Assembly: GCA_051362555.1 (NCBI GenBank)
Contig: CM120640.1
Span: 68,674,788-68,738,787, forward strand
DNA from: Lingula anatina
Lineage: Eukaryota; Animalia; Brachiopoda
Length of the DNA stretch: 64,000 bases
Direction: 5' to 3'
A program made the translations under genes and the position numbers. This document shows positions 1 through 14,500 of this stretch, piece by piece. Each line of letters starts with the position of its first letter. The stretch's first letter is position 1. The notes beneath the pieces were generated by a model. That model did not search any database. It had not been told where the DNA came from and was given only the letters and a program-made list of their open reading frames with translations.

Positions 1-1152
1 TCTAGAAGAAGTCTGACACGAGGTAACTTCGTTACGAAGTCACTAGTGTGTTTTATAACCTTCCAGTATCAGAATTTAACATGCTCGTGGTTTAACCCAA
101 ATACCTTACAACTTAAAACAACGTGACAGCAAGGAGGGTGTTTTTTTTCTTCATCTGTCCTCCACACAAAACCCCTAGACTCAATTGCAAACAAATCTTT
201 ATGTTCTTTTTAAAATTTATTATACCCAAGTGTTCCTAATAAAATACTTTGCTTCGAAAAAACATTTGAAAGATGTGAGAACTGTTTTCAAGTTCTAGTC
301 ACAGCAATAAATTTTAATTTCGTGACTCATTTAAGACAAAGTTCAACAATATGTAACTTGGGAGAAATTTGCCAATTAAAAATTAAGTTCTACTTGAGTG
401 CTAGTGAAACCACAAAAAGTCTTTAATAGATCTCTTAAATCGATGACATTCATTTTGAAAAGTGTTCCTTTTTTTGTATCAAGAAAACTGTCTCATCATT
501 TTAACATTATTCAGAGCAAAAGAATCATTTCCTTATAAAAGGTAGGGGCATTATGCACCCACTGACATGATGTTGTTGGATATATTGCCTGAATATCAAA
601 TTGCTATACTTCAATGTACTGTTTAATTAATACTGTTACAATTTGTTGACCACGACCACAAACATACTACAGGATAGGATGATAGCAACCCAGTCATTCT
701 TCCTCATTTTTGGGTAAAATATACATCTTAATTTCATGCATATATATATACTTCTTTCCATACTCTACCAGGGTCACAGAGACAACTGTTTTCTGCATTT
801 TTCTGTACTGTCCAGCCCAAAATTTTACAAACAAATGATAATAAGAGTACAAAACCTTGATCATCACCCAGCTAGTCTCTGTTACAGAGTGTAGTATTCA
901 TCACCAGCAGGAATAACATTAAAAATAAATGTCAGGTGTAACGTTGGCTGTATGCTGTAGCTAGCAGCAGGGGACTGTCTGCTTCAATATACACATGTAT
1001 TCATTGGAACACTGAATAGTCTATAAAATACAATGGATATAATTGCTGCATTATGCCTTTTATAAACTGCCCCTAAATAAAAAATTATGTATCTACCATC
1101 AACAAAGTTTTGTCCAGTAGAACAAACAAGTCTGCCAGTTGATGAACAATAT

Positions 1153-1330
1153 CAGGCACGTGGCCAGCAATTTCAGAAGGGGGTGGGGTCTTTTCTGAAA
1201 AAGTGGACCTTTTACCATAAAACCCTCATGTCACTAGATCAACTTTCATGCAGAGTAGACCTTTTCCCAGCAAAAAGGGTGGTTCTTTAAAACCCCACCC
1301 CACCCCCGAACCCCCCTGGCTATGAGCCTG
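1153..1330. mobile_element. Small non-autonomous DNA transposon (hAT-like MITE), degenerate
   Basis: Imperfect terminal inverted repeats caggcacgtggccag (1153) / ctggctatgagcctg (ends 1330), CAG..CTG ends, G/C-run interior. No clean 8-bp TSD. Confidence 0.5.
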
Positions 1331-3092
1331 GATATATACATTCACTAAATTCTACATAACATGGTCCATAGGTTCTGGATCTCAAGCACCAAATCCAAAC
1401 TACTTTATAATCTTTTTAATGCAAACTTGCCAGAAAATCATGGTTACTCTCAAGGTGAACATAAAAACATATCCATGAGACATTATCAATCATTGTGGCT
1501 ACATGTTCTGGTTGGAAAGTATACTCAACTACAGTATAGAACTAAAAAGGTAGTTGAGTATATCACCTATGTAAAGAAAAAAAAGAAGCATATAGCATGG
1601 CATGATAGTGGTACAAAACAGGTCAAATGTTTCGTAAGGTGCTATAAAAACTTGTAAAAACATTTCCCAAAAAGAAAAACAGCTGAAGGACTGGTTGCCC
1701 CATCCCAGGCAGGGTAAGCATTGTGTTCAGTTAGCTTGGTAGTTCATTTTTGTTTGCAAGACAGCTTTAGTGAAGTTCTACTAGTATTTGATTATTGGGG
1801 TCTGGGCAGCAGAGCTGCAACTGCTTGGGTCTTTTGATATAAAATCAGCCACGGGTGAAGTAAAAACAATGTTTAACTTGGCTTCTCCTGGCTGGAATTT
1901 GACACACAGCTAGCAAAAACAAACAAACAACAATGAAAAGCTAGTGTGCCGAAGACTTCCAGCCAGATTAAACAACAGGGTCCAGACATATATACGGCCA
2001 AGTTAACCACCTTGGTCACCAAAACAAGAACATAAATGGACATTTGAAATCAAGAAGAAATTCTTTTCCCAAGGCATTATAAATTATTTTCATAAGGACC
2101 ACAATTTGGTCAGAGGCCCTATGTGAAAGGCATGTCTCAATTACTAAAATATCATGATTTAAGTTTAAAGATCATGAAGCTAGTTATGCTAAACTGCATT
2201 TGAACTTCCACTTATAATAACTTCAATAACGTGTTCCACATTTTATAGTTTCAGTTATGTAATTTAAATACTGATACATGAGCAATGTATGGTTTTGCTG
2301 TGGAGGTGTTCCCATACGGTACAATTCACTTGTTATGTACATATTCTATAACATAATCCCCCACCTAATACATATGGCCATTCACATAAAAATAAAATAC
2401 CTACAACATCAACATCAAAATTCTGGAACATCTAAAATTGTACATGAATGAAACAAACTATCACTTCAAAATACCTCAAAGAACATCGCCATAAAACATA
2501 TACTGTGATAGTTGATAAAGACTGAAAATAAAATGATTAGAAAAAGAGTGCTTTGTTATTTTTAATAAACTAAGAGACTACAGAGACTTACAGATTAACA
2601 TACAAAGTACCAGGCAGATATTTACACCTGTAAACATTTAGCAACAAGTGAGGCAATGTTCTTAGTCATCCAGTAAAACTGGAATCAAGCATAAGTATAT
2701 ATAGATCAAATTCTAGCAATTAGGTGATTAATCATTGATTTTTACCACACAGGTTCCCGAATTTGATTTACATACATTCTTGATTAAACAGCAAGGTTTA
2801 CAAACAAAAAATCACAAAGTACAGCTAAAAATGTTCACATAAAAGAAAAAAAATTCCAGGATGGATCAATGTTTATTATTGAAGAGTGCTGCTATGGCCC
2901 AAGGGAAAAATGTTACTCCAAATAAAAACTGCGAAGGACAAACAACTAAGTTCACGCTTATGAGCCAGTTGCAACTAGGTCTACAGGTGTAAAACAAAAG
3001 CAACACACAACACTGGAAACAAATTGGACAAGTGGAATAATTATACTGTGCATAACACAAAACTAAGGTCTCTATAGGAGCAAATTGTATAC

Positions 3093-4450
3093 CTTCTTCC
3101 TCCTCCACAGTTTCATCAAGGTAAAAGTCTGCAACAAGGCAATTTTGTTAAAGAGGTATTATTTAAAATATAAGATTTTTTAAAAAATTTACGAGATGAA
3201 GAACCAGACAACATTTATTGGAGTAGACAGCAATAAATCAGGCTACACGTGTAGGCATTAATTTGTGCCCTTGTTAAATGTTAGGAGGTTACTAAAAGTC
3301 CAGTATATTTTTGTAGGTTACTAGGATATATAGTTTAGGTCACTAGTATTCTTAACAACCAAATAGATTTGTGCATTATTAATATAAAAAGAGGATAATA
3401 ATAATACTAGTTACATAATACAATGTAATTTTGATGACAAGTACATATACATTCAGTTTTCATTGGTTGGATGGTTGGGATTAAGTTTTGTTCTTGCAAA
3501 GTTTTATTTTTTTCCCTGAGGTAGCGCTAGCACTCGCCAATTTAGCCAAATGCTAAAACTGACTTAATTTGGCTAAACAAAAAGGACTTGATTTGGCAAA
3601 TTTTAGTCAAATTAAAGCTATTTTCATAAGAAATTGACAAAAAAGTGATGATTTGGCTAAGTGAAAAAAATTGCTAACGCTACCGCAGTTTCCACATACA
3701 TGAAGTATTAAAAAGGGGACAAAGACAAAGAAAAGTTGGAACATAAAGCAAAAGAAGAGACATTTTCTACTTTTGATTTGTTCAGTATCTCAGTAATGTC
3801 AATATTGTACATCCCTCACAAGTGTGAGTATACTACGAGTAACTATTTCACTTAAAATTTAATCCCACTAGTATACAAGCAAGTATCTTCTATAGTTTCA
3901 AAATTTAAAATCTGAACCTTTCCCTCTTCCACTTTTTTTCACTATTATATTATTCAGCTTGTAAATTTGTCAATGTGTGATCAAAGAATACAAATACAGA
4001 GTACATACATATGTATTAGTATACAGTATATAACTACTGGTAGTATATACAGTGAATGTAAATGGTGGAAAATCTTATACCATTTTCTTTATATTCTTTA
4101 CACGGGCTGTTTGAAAACTGATTGAGAGCATGTAAAGGTGATATGTCTACTTTTGTCTGGCCGAAGTTTACCTGTATAGATAGACTGCCCTTCACTGAAC
4201 TGTATAAATTAGTGAGTACAGTATACATGTATGTATGAGTATTGACAACGTAAAGTCCGTTCTACTAAATAGATGTTATCAAGAACTTACCCCTCAATCT
4301 GTCTGCTCTTTTCTTGTAGAAGATGTCCGTTTCTATGTCTTGTTTGTGGGTTGAAATGTACTCTTTGATGATCCGCTGTGCATGCTCTTCAATAAGACGT
4401 TCCTTTTCACTGTTGTCCATTTCAGTTTGTCCGAGCAACTTTTCAGCCAT
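3093..4450 (-). CDS. 5' coding exons of an unidentified protein (downstream exons not resolved, possibly leaving the window)
   Basis: Exon 4450-4291 starts with AAAATGG after an upstream in-frame stop and ends at a GTAAGT donor (phase 1). A phase-compatible exon follows a ttgcag acceptor at 3128-3093. Joined peptide: MAEKLLGQTEMDNSEKERLIEEHAQRIIKEYISTHKQDIETDIFYKKRADRLRDFYLDETVEEEE. CpG-containing promoter-like DNA at ~4560-4720. Family not recognised. Confidence 0.5.
3516..3688. mobile_element. ~170-bp TIR element (MITE) in intron
   Basis: ctgaggtagcgctagca (3516) is the inverted match of tgctaacgctaccgcag (ends 3688), 15/17. Internal tttagccaaa / tttggctaa inverted motifs. Confidence 0.55.
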
Positions 4451-4650
4451 TTTGGCAATGTAACAGCTGACAACAACCTCTTTTCCAAAATGTACGTCTT
4501 ATCTTAGCTGTGATAACATTTATAACGCAATGAAGAGCATGACAGTTCAAAAAGTACCTCTGTTCCGGCTCCGGCGGCGATGCATGACTCTCTCTGCGGT
4601 GAGTGGGAAACACCTCGAAATGTTGACCTACAATATACGTTTAAAGAAAA

Positions 4651-4671
4651 TCATGTGACTGGTCATGTGAC
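4651..4671. promoter_or_regulatory. Tandem CATGTG E-boxes (M-box/CLEAR-like, bHLH-ZIP sites) upstream of the left-edge gene
   Basis: tcatgtgactggtcatgtgac contains two TCATGTGAC copies ~200 bp upstream of the ATG at 4450. Confidence 0.45.
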
Positions 4672-7600
4672 GTATTAACATTTCAACGGGAGAACGGTTC
4701 CACAGACCCAGCTTTCAGAGGCGAGTTGCTTGTACAGCATTGAGCAATGAAGCAAATTTAATGTGTATAATTAAATATTAACATGAGACGCCAAAAACTT
4801 CACTAGCTGTAGAATTTTTTTAAATCCAGATCACGCTAGACAACCGAAACTGAAATTCGACCAGGTCCCAATGCCTACAAACAATTTTTGAAGTTGACAA
4901 TGGGTGTAAGGAAGTATAGAACGTACATCCGTTTCACTTTGTAACTTTAGTCTTCGGACGTTCACATCATGAATGCCCATTCACGACACAGCACACCTGA
5001 TGAGCCAAATGGGCTTTGTCAAAGCGGAAAATGATTTTTCTTTTCATACAATTTAGTTATGACTAACTACATGTATGGCAAATTTCGTCATAGTCACAAG
5101 TTAGTAGATTCCTCAATAGAACGTCATGCATGCGCCATTCTTTCAGAAACAATTATCTTTTTTTTTTTTTTTGGTCATAATGACATTACAGTTGTCATCA
5201 TCATGCCCTTTGCTATCCCTATCCAAATATACTTCTTTTGAGAAAATACGTTTCGTCTTTGTTTTTATAATTATGGAATAATCATAAGCTAGGTCATTTT
5301 TACATAACGTACGTACCCCATACCCCCTAAATTGAAGTTAACTTTATAGGTTGGGGTATGAACAAACAGCCTAGTTTCTTCAAAATCTTAATATTTTATG
5401 AAGAATATAATGGCCTTTATAGGCCTATGTACCATTATTGTACAATGATCAGTTGCATGGTAATATGACAAATTGCGTCAATCTGGCAATTAAGGAGGCA
5501 TTTAATGTAAATTCATCAAACATACATTAAAACCCCGCTATTTATGCTGATAAAACGCGGCAAGCGTACGAAAGGAATGTAGCAGAGAAACACTTGGACC
5601 TATATATGTAGGGCGATTAAAACTTATTAATCCTTTAAAAAGCCATCATAAAATAAACATTTCTGTCTAACAGTTCCAAACGATGCTAATGATAATATCT
5701 TGTTCAACAATAAAGAAGACATGGAAACCATAACTGAAGACAGGGTGGGGAAGTCACGTGTGTTGACCAAATTACCGGGGTAATAGCAACTTTCATATCA
5801 AGTATATATACCTTGTACAAAAACACAGGGTTATTTATTATTTCAAGTTGGCATCACCAGCGATTGTTTGGATCACGTAGATGAGGACGTAGGGCAAGGG
5901 TCAGGAGATGAGGGTGGGGTGGGGGTAGTAAGAGTGGGGGGGGGCAGTAAGGGAGATTATAGGGTAGAAGGGTAGTGGCATCGTGAGAGGGATTCTTGTA
6001 AGGAGGATAATGAAAGGAGAGATGCCATGCCATTATCATTATTCAACCTTTTAACGCCTGTTTATTGTTCTTTCCTTCTCTTAGATTCATCGGTTGAAGC
6101 TAACCCATGAAAATCGAAGGAAATAACTGTTTATTGCAACTTTGACTATCGTACGTATTTACAACCAGTCTAAGTTTCTCCTGCAACAGAATAAATGTCG
6201 ATGGAAAGTTGGACTGCACAGTAACGAAGACTCAGTTTTCATATAACGTGCAAAGGCAAGACCTATTAATGTTTGCCAATGAGAGAAGTATATATTCTAA
6301 AGGAGACAGCATACTTATTCCAAAATAATTTACAAAAATGGGTAACATTCTGTAACTATATAAGATTAAAACGATTAGACAAAAATAAATAAACAAAAAT
6401 TTTCATTTCTAAATCCACACGGACTAAACCAACAGTAAGTTTTCAACGTAAGATATTTTCAAAATGTGGCTCTGTCATTTAAAAAAGGGGCAGGAAAAAA
6501 TGATTCTCGTAATATTCTAAGTTCCAAAATCACTTAACTGTTGTAATAATTTGACAGTGATTAACCTCCCTAACGCAGATGCTGCATTTACCCTCTACCA
6601 GGGCGACAGATTGATTTTCCACAAATTGATATTCACAGATATGTCTATAGATAAATAGACAGTCATTTTGGCTCTCAGTCAGCAAAAAATGTCCACAATA
6701 ATAACTGCGGCCCTGGTAGAGGGTAGATGCTGCACACACAGAGTTTCGTGTCAGTGTGGAGAACGAACAGTTCATTTTATCAATATACCATGTAACGACA
6801 TGCGAACAATTTTATATAAGGTATTTACAAAACACTATACCCACTTTGGCCTCAAAACAACCGATGAAAGGTTTACTATCATTATGAAATCTCAAGAAGA
6901 AGAAACCCTCATCGCACTAGATCAGTTTCTCTCCTCTTTTGCTAAATGGATCAAGAAGACAGTGCTACACCCATCGGCAATTGAGCAGTAGTAATAGAAA
7001 CTAGAGTTAATTAATTAATGAATTTATTTATTTATTTATCTATTATTAGTAAATAATCTTACTCATTGTAATTGTTTAATAGCATATTCACTAAAATTAT
7101 ATTTATATTGTCATTTTCATCCACCCAGGTGGATGCATACGAAATAAAATGAAGTGAAATAAACAATTTATATATATTAAGAAAAATACACCATTCTTAT
7201 CAAGGATGTATGTTGATTCCGGAAATTAGAGAAATATAAACAAAAGGTGATGTGACTATAATACAATTTAAAGAGCAAGGATGTCGGTTACATGTCTGAT
7301 AAGATCCGTTTGAAAACCATGGAAGCCAGGTGTGTCGGTTTTTTTTTTTCTACAGACTCATTTTGTGTTTAGTTACAGGTTAATCACACGTACAGGCATT
7401 TTCCTCGGGGCTGAACACTCACCCGAAGAAAAAAAAACGCATTGGTGGGGGTCATTTTGAGCAAGAACGTTAACGTATTTACGTAAAAAGTATGAAGAAA
7501 CCTAAAAATGAGTGTGTTAAGTGTAAGTCTTCTTTTTTCTTGTGAAATACCACGCACTAATGAAACAAAAGTCTGCCGCATTGTATATTCACTATAAATA

Positions 7601-9011
7601 ATGTTTTATTTTAAGTTTAATGTATATAGCAGTACCTATAACCCTGACACAAGGCACATAATTATTTTACACATTAGGCCTTTTTAGGGGTTTGTATGTC
7701 AATAGGATTATGATTGATACATGTAGGTTGCCCACAAGGAACTCATGGGAAACATCTTGATTAGTTCAATTTGTTTGCCTGTCTCAAGTTTTATGATCTC
7801 TCGCATAAATATGGAGATTATTAATCAGTCAGATTTCGTTGCATAATGGAACCCACTCCCTGCAGATAATACATCCTCAGCCGTGACGAGAGCTTGGGTT
7901 TCAACAGCTTGCTGAAAGTTTATTGTTGCAGTAGTTGAGATTTTGATTGTGTTGACTTGTTGAAGCAGGATTGGGTGCGTGTTGAATATCACAGTGGCAA
8001 GAACTCTCTATGTCTTTTTGCTAGAGCGGAATTTCAGACAATAGATTCACCTGCTAAAAAAAAAAAAAAAAAAAAAAAAAAGAATCCTGGCTGAAGACCA
8101 ACCTGTCCTCTTGCGGCATATTAGTTTAAACAATGATGATGTAACTGGGCCTACTGACGAAAAGGAAAACCATCACCAGAATTTTGGAGCCTTGACTCTC
8201 CTGAAAATTAGGGGCCTGTCATTATTTATATCATCCAAGTTATCTTTTCATAAATATGTTTTGCTTTTCTACTGGGATGCATTTTCAAAACCATTGTACG
8301 AGGATCAAAGAAGTCTGAATCAAGGAAAATAGTAAATAGTTAAATTTTCAGGAGTAGAGCAAAGGGAGTCATAATCGAGATCTGAGGGCAACAGAGAATA
8401 TGGGAATCGGATTTAAACGTTTTATTGCCTAACCCTGATGATGGTATGTGTGTCTTACAGAAATATGAATATTTAAATAATTGTTACGCTGTTCGATCGA
8501 GCAAATATTTTCCTGTTGATATATCGACATTAAATGTGGCTGTTGTGGACTCCAGTGTCATTGCGCATTACCTTCTTAATCCAGCCTGAGGACACCCATT
8601 TTACAATATTCTATAATCTGTGGCATAACCAACTAATTGCCGCACTATTGGTATTGTAAATCAATGAGAATAACGGTGTGAGGTAACATGATGCGTTTGT
8701 ACGCCAAGTGCCACGTTGTGCCTTGTCTTTGCTAATGAATGCATTGAATAACTTGTCCGACAGAAATGTTACTGAGGATTCTGTTGTGCATTATTAATTG
8801 CACATTGCATCAAAATCACTTCTCGTACCACTATGCGGTGGGATATTTGAACCTACGGTAATTTTTTTCCAATGGTAAACAAAAACATTGTCTTGGAATT
8901 AATTGTCTGTATATCTAAGTATGGTGGGGTATATGTGAAGCAGTGTATTGTGTATTATAATTCAGATGGAGAGCTTAGCATATTTCCCCGGCATGAGCTG
9001 CGTTGCAATGA

Positions 9012-9229
9012 GCCCCCTTTACACTGGACGACGTCCTTTCTGCGTCCCGTAGTACGACCCTGTTTGAGAGTGAAAAAAATAATACTTTACGTGCCGACAA
9101 CTGGCCGATCATTAAGCATTCTCTCTGCAACCAAAGCGATGCTTTTACCTCATTTCTACGACCTCAGCGATGCTAGTTTCATGGTCACACAAAGGACGCA
9201 CAAAGGACGCCGTCCAGTGTAAAAGGGCC
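9012..9229. mobile_element. PIF/Harbinger-like MITE
   Basis: ~35-bp TIRs gccccctttacactggacgacgtcctttctgcgtcc / ggacgcacaaaggacgccgtccagtgtaaaagggcc, flanked by tga/tca trinucleotides. This element explains the spurious ORF 8872-9222. Confidence 0.7.
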
Positions 9230-11574
9230 TCAAATCAATGTCCCCCGCTTCCATGTAACATGTTGTGAAAATGAGGGAGGCATAAAGAGATAAGAACAAA
9301 ATTACACATTATTCACAAAATTTATCGAAATGTTGAAGCAGAGTTTTGTTCATTTTGACATTTTAAAGGCATTTATTGTCTATGTTTATTCAAAAATATT
9401 TATATGTCTGTTCTGCTTGATACATAGGGGTGCGAGCAGAAGCGCCTGCGAGCACGCTCTTTTGTCCAACTATATCAATCTATAATCTATACAGTAAAAT
9501 TCTGTCCAGTTCGACCTTACAGTGTGGGCAGAGCACGCATTAACTCCATTTCAAGGCCTCCCAACGATAACCATCTTTCTTTCTTCCTTCCTTTTTTTTT
9601 TTTAATCTTGGTTTGTAAAATCCAAAAGGCGGAAAAGTAGCGAGGCACGTGTACAAATACATTTCTAAGTAAGGCGGGAATAGCAAGAAAACATAAAGGT
9701 GATGGAGGATCTGCAAATATGATCACCAAGAACTATCTTATGAAGCTGAGTCTTGGATATTTATCAAGCCTCTATGATAACGACAGGTGCTTCTTTTCCT
9801 GTTCACAAAATGTCATATTCACGACGTGAAATTACTTTTTAGAATCCATCTCGTGCAAATGACAATAAAGGTTGTATTCAATGATTTGGCTTACGGACGT
9901 TTTTTTTTTCGCAAGCTTAAGAAATTCGTTTATCAATTTCTTTTTATGTTTATCATAGTTCAACAACAACAGATATAAAAGATCAACAACAGATATAAAA
10001 GATCAATACATTTCAATATTGTATTTGATCAATGCAAAGTCTTAGAGATAACACCCTAAACAAAAACAAATGCACTTCTACGATTTACTTCACATCATTT
10101 TTAATCCACAATACTGCTTGCATTTTTATTTGCTTGATTAGAATGGGAAACATGCAAACGCGCAATTTCAGTTTCTAGATAATTATTTTCTATTCGGGCA
10201 CTTAAGATCGAATGTATCTATTATCGAGGAAAATGTATTGATCACTTTTAAATATTTAACAAACCGGTGTCGATATTTTGCTGTATGCTCTTCTGACGTT
10301 AGTTGTATTTGTGTTTAATTATTGACGTGGCTGTGCCAAGGGTACCTGGTAGGTGTTTATTTTTATGCTTTCAAATGCACGACAGACCCTTGTGATGCTT
10401 TCCAATTCGATATAATGGCCAGTTGGCTAGGGCAAGCTGTGAACTGCGCTGAAACACACGGCATCCGAAGATGACATGCGGATCGTAAGCTATCTAGAAC
10501 CGTAAGGAGTATCGCGTCCTGAGAGCGTTTGTCTACGGCAGATCTTATCAATCAGCCTCATCGTACTACCACATTCTAACAGATCTTTGAGACTGTAAAC
10601 GTCCATTCCAAGTTTATTGTGCGAGGACATAAGTATCAGAAATGGCATCACTTAATAGATTTTATTCCTGAAGAGGACAAGCCATATCAAGTTTTACCAT
10701 AAAAAGATCACTCATAAAAGCAAAGCTAGTGCTTACTGTGATGACATTAATACCACTTTCCGTTTGTGCTAGCCATTTCGTGTTCAATCTAGACCCAAGC
10801 TGAAAGAGAACCATTCTGACTTGAAAACTAATCATAAACGATGACCATCAGGCGTCTGGTAATGTAGAGTTTCAGTACGAATTGCTGTAGGCACTTACTC
10901 AGTCAAATGCTCTTGCGTTTTTTTATAAATAACATGATAATAACGACTGTCCCGGGACTCCTCTGAAGTTGGCATAAAATCCATTAATAGATAAATGTGG
11001 ATTACAGGTTGGATTTAAAAGCTTTTTGCAGAAATCGAGTGCATTGTGACATTTTTTGAATTAGTCGCTTTTTGTTGTCAGATTTGTGCGTGTCACCAAA
11101 AATATTGGCGGCCGCATCGTCTGCCACTTATTCTGAGATCCGGCGCTTTCGGCTCGATTGTTGTGAGAGAACGAAGTACAGCAATGCAGAGTACATTTTA
11201 ACCCAAATCTATTACTGTCTCCCAGCTCGGCGGCTCAGACAGGGAGTGCCGTGCCGAGAATCGTCTGTGCCAGCAGACATTCAGCCCCGGGAAGCCGCTC
11301 ATTATACCTGGAGATTGTTACTCAAAACAATACTGGAAATTATTTTCATAAGTGAACCTTACACAGGAAGACGGCCAATGATTTATGTCCCTGCAGTCAA
11401 TTATCTCGAGTGGTAGCCTTAAATCGAAGTTATTTTTCTTCATTTTACCAAGTTGGCGTTTGCTAAGACAGACCTCCTCGAGACAAAGCAGAACATCAAG
11501 AAAGAATTCTATGGACCATCGTATGGACTAAGGATCCACAGCTAAGAGGAGGTCTGACAGACTCTTGTCGCAAA

Positions 11575-14500
11575 ATGGGAAACGCGAAGAGTTCCAATTC
11601 AAAAAAGAAGTGCAAATTACCACGAGAAGATATGGATTATTTGTTGGAAAAGACTTGTTTTACAGAAAAGCAGATTAAGGAATGGTATAAGGGCTACATG
11701 GTAAGTTTGCCTTATCAATGAAATACTACAGTCTGCGTAGGATTTTGTGTTATTTTAAATAACTGTAGATTTATCCCCAACATAATCATACTAGGACATA
11801 CAGTATATCTGATGTATGGATGTATGATTCCCCATCTCGCGTAACTGGTTCAAATGGTGTACTAAACAGAAACAATTCGATAAGAATAACACGGCTAAAG
11901 AAATATGGAGCAATTATCCATCATTAGGTTCAAATTATGATTATTGTACTAATAAATTTGTTCATTGATGTTAATTGACTAGCGCGAGAACAGTATTATT
12001 CAGGCACTTTTTAAACGCAAACTAAGACCTATTTATTTGTACTCTATAGTTTTTGAAGACTTTTTATTTCAAAGGGTGCCCATTTATTGATATGTGAAAT
12101 TGCATTTTTTCGAAATTTTATAGTTGCAGACTTTCGTATGATAGAAAAATTATTAAAGAAAGAAAATATAATAAAAATTCGTAATAATGATTACACATTT
12201 ATACGTCAGTGTAAGCATACATTCACATTTAGAAATTTTGGCGGTTGGTTTTCATGTTCAATTTTTCTCCGTTTCCTATGCTAACAGTAAATCGAATATA
12301 GCCTTAAATTAACTGTAGAGTATCGACTACAGATCGACTGCTATATCCTTCTTGTTATTCGTAACCTTTAGCATGTTTTCATTGAGACCCGTTAGATGAA
12401 TTGTCACTAAATCGAGTTCCCTCCAAATCCATAGTAACATGGATGGTTACCGGAATCAATCACCGTGAACGTGGAGAAACAACAGTGCTGGCGAATTATC
12501 ACTGTTTGTCTAAGATACACCATTATTAACACGTTTATGAAAATATGAAGAGCATCTATTTCGCATACAGTCTGACTGGTATACGTTTTGCTTGGTTTTC
12601 TGTTTACATTTTACTGTCGAATAATTTTCATTTGTCACTCGATAGGCCAACCCGTACATTGTGTTTGTCAATTAATTCGCATTTATAAAATATCAATGTA
12701 GATTCATTAACGCGATCTTGTGCGAGCTTAATATTAATTAGTCTATCAGAGTAAATAAAATGCCATCATTGCCATTCGGGTGAACATCATATGGGTTATA
12801 TCTAGGTTAGCTCACTGGCGCCGTTGATCGATGAGAATAAACTGCATTTTAATGAAGTAGGTCTTATTTCTAGCACATCTATATTCTATTAATTTTCAAA
12901 TACTGATATGGCAGGAAATTGACGTAATATTGTTAGAGGATATATCGTGTATGCCGTATAGAGCTAAGGCAGGCCATCACGGGACCTGTTTGGCTTTTTT
13001 TTTTTTTTTTTTTGCCTAATCGTTTGATATTATTTTTTAATGTCATAAGAAGTTGCCTTTAGATATGCCCATGCAAATAGTGCGGCATAAGCGTCTCTCA
13101 AAATACCAGGAAGGCGACTTTTAGAAGGTATTCCGGTGTTTAGTGCAGCCTTAAGATTCAAACGTTCAAAATGCTCTTCTAAATCAATAACAAAACCATT
13201 GCCGTGAAATTCCCCGTATTTACCGGGCACCTTGACAGGTGCATTAAGCAATGTTAAATTGACGGCATTAAATTTCCTATATCTGGTAGTAGAAGTGAGT
13301 GAACACATATATATGCATTTCACGCAGCTCGGAGGAGATGGAGAGGAATGATCACGTTTATTGTCACTAGCCCAAGATATATGAGTCACCATAGCTACAT
13401 TGAAAGTCAACAAAATCAGCGAATTTGGTAATTCATTCAAGATTTGTCCCCTGAGATACAGGTTTATAGCGCCTGTAGAAAAAGAAAACATCGTAAAAGG
13501 CATTTGGTGAAGTGAATTGACACTGGATGTATCTTTCAAGTGTATTTGGGTATGAAGAAGCTTTATTGTTGACGAATGCACTACTGAAATGGTGATTACG
13601 GGCAGGGATAACGGGCTCCATGAAGTGCAGTCTTAACGCTTTCTCCTGGCGCAGTCTGAGCTTTTGTTTCTCTTAAAACTTGCAGGAACATAGTTGTAAA
13701 TGATTGATAACAACATTTTTAGATAAGTAATGTACTGAATTTTCCAGGTTGTTTTAACCTGAAGGTTAGGAGGAAGTGTCTCAATAATTGCATTTAACAG
13801 CACTTATTCTTTACTTTCCACTTCGTTGCAGAAAAGGCAATGTCATTTTTCTTGAAGCATTTTATTCAAAACATTTTAATATTTAGGCAATAGTCATTCG
13901 TTCTTAATTAAGTACGATTTTTTTTCGAGGGGGGAGAGAGAGAATTCTAACTAGGTCCAACCACACTTCTGGGAATTATTCTGTGTCAGAGGAATAATCT
14001 TTGATCTTTCTTCTCTGGTTTGGATCAAGTATCAACAGATACGTTTCTTACACTTTGGCATTTCCCGGAAATTGTATTGGTTTTTGTTAATGTTCCCTTT
14101 TCTTTGTCTTTCTCAAACACAAATTAGATCATGCCAATGTTGAAAGTACCCGCGAGAGATAATAGATCTTATAAATTTTAATTTGTTGCAGAATCCAGCC
14201 TAATAAAACACGCACTTCAACTCGATGTGACTTTGATGGTATCTTAAATTGCCATAATTTGTCGGCCAATACTGTGCTTGTGTTATTCATGTTCCTAAAA
14301 AATTGAAGTAAACTTTAAAATGCCAACTAAGAGAGCATCCTTTATTTGTATTTAGAAGCAAACTGAGAGAAGTGGCAGTTAACGACGATTTTGTGCAATT
14401 TCCGGAAATGAAAAGTAATGATACACTGTGATTATCTTAAGGCACATTTTATCACTTGCAGCGTTTATCTCTCAGTACTCATAAGATGGTGGCAGTGAAC

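Noticed and set aside
1690-1910. Candidate third exon of the left-edge gene
   Set aside because: An acceptor is present, but the phase-compatible frame stops after ~22 codons and nothing independent supports it.
9964-10003. 20-bp tandem duplication caacaacagatataaaagat
   Set aside because: Ordinary slippage duplication with no further structure.
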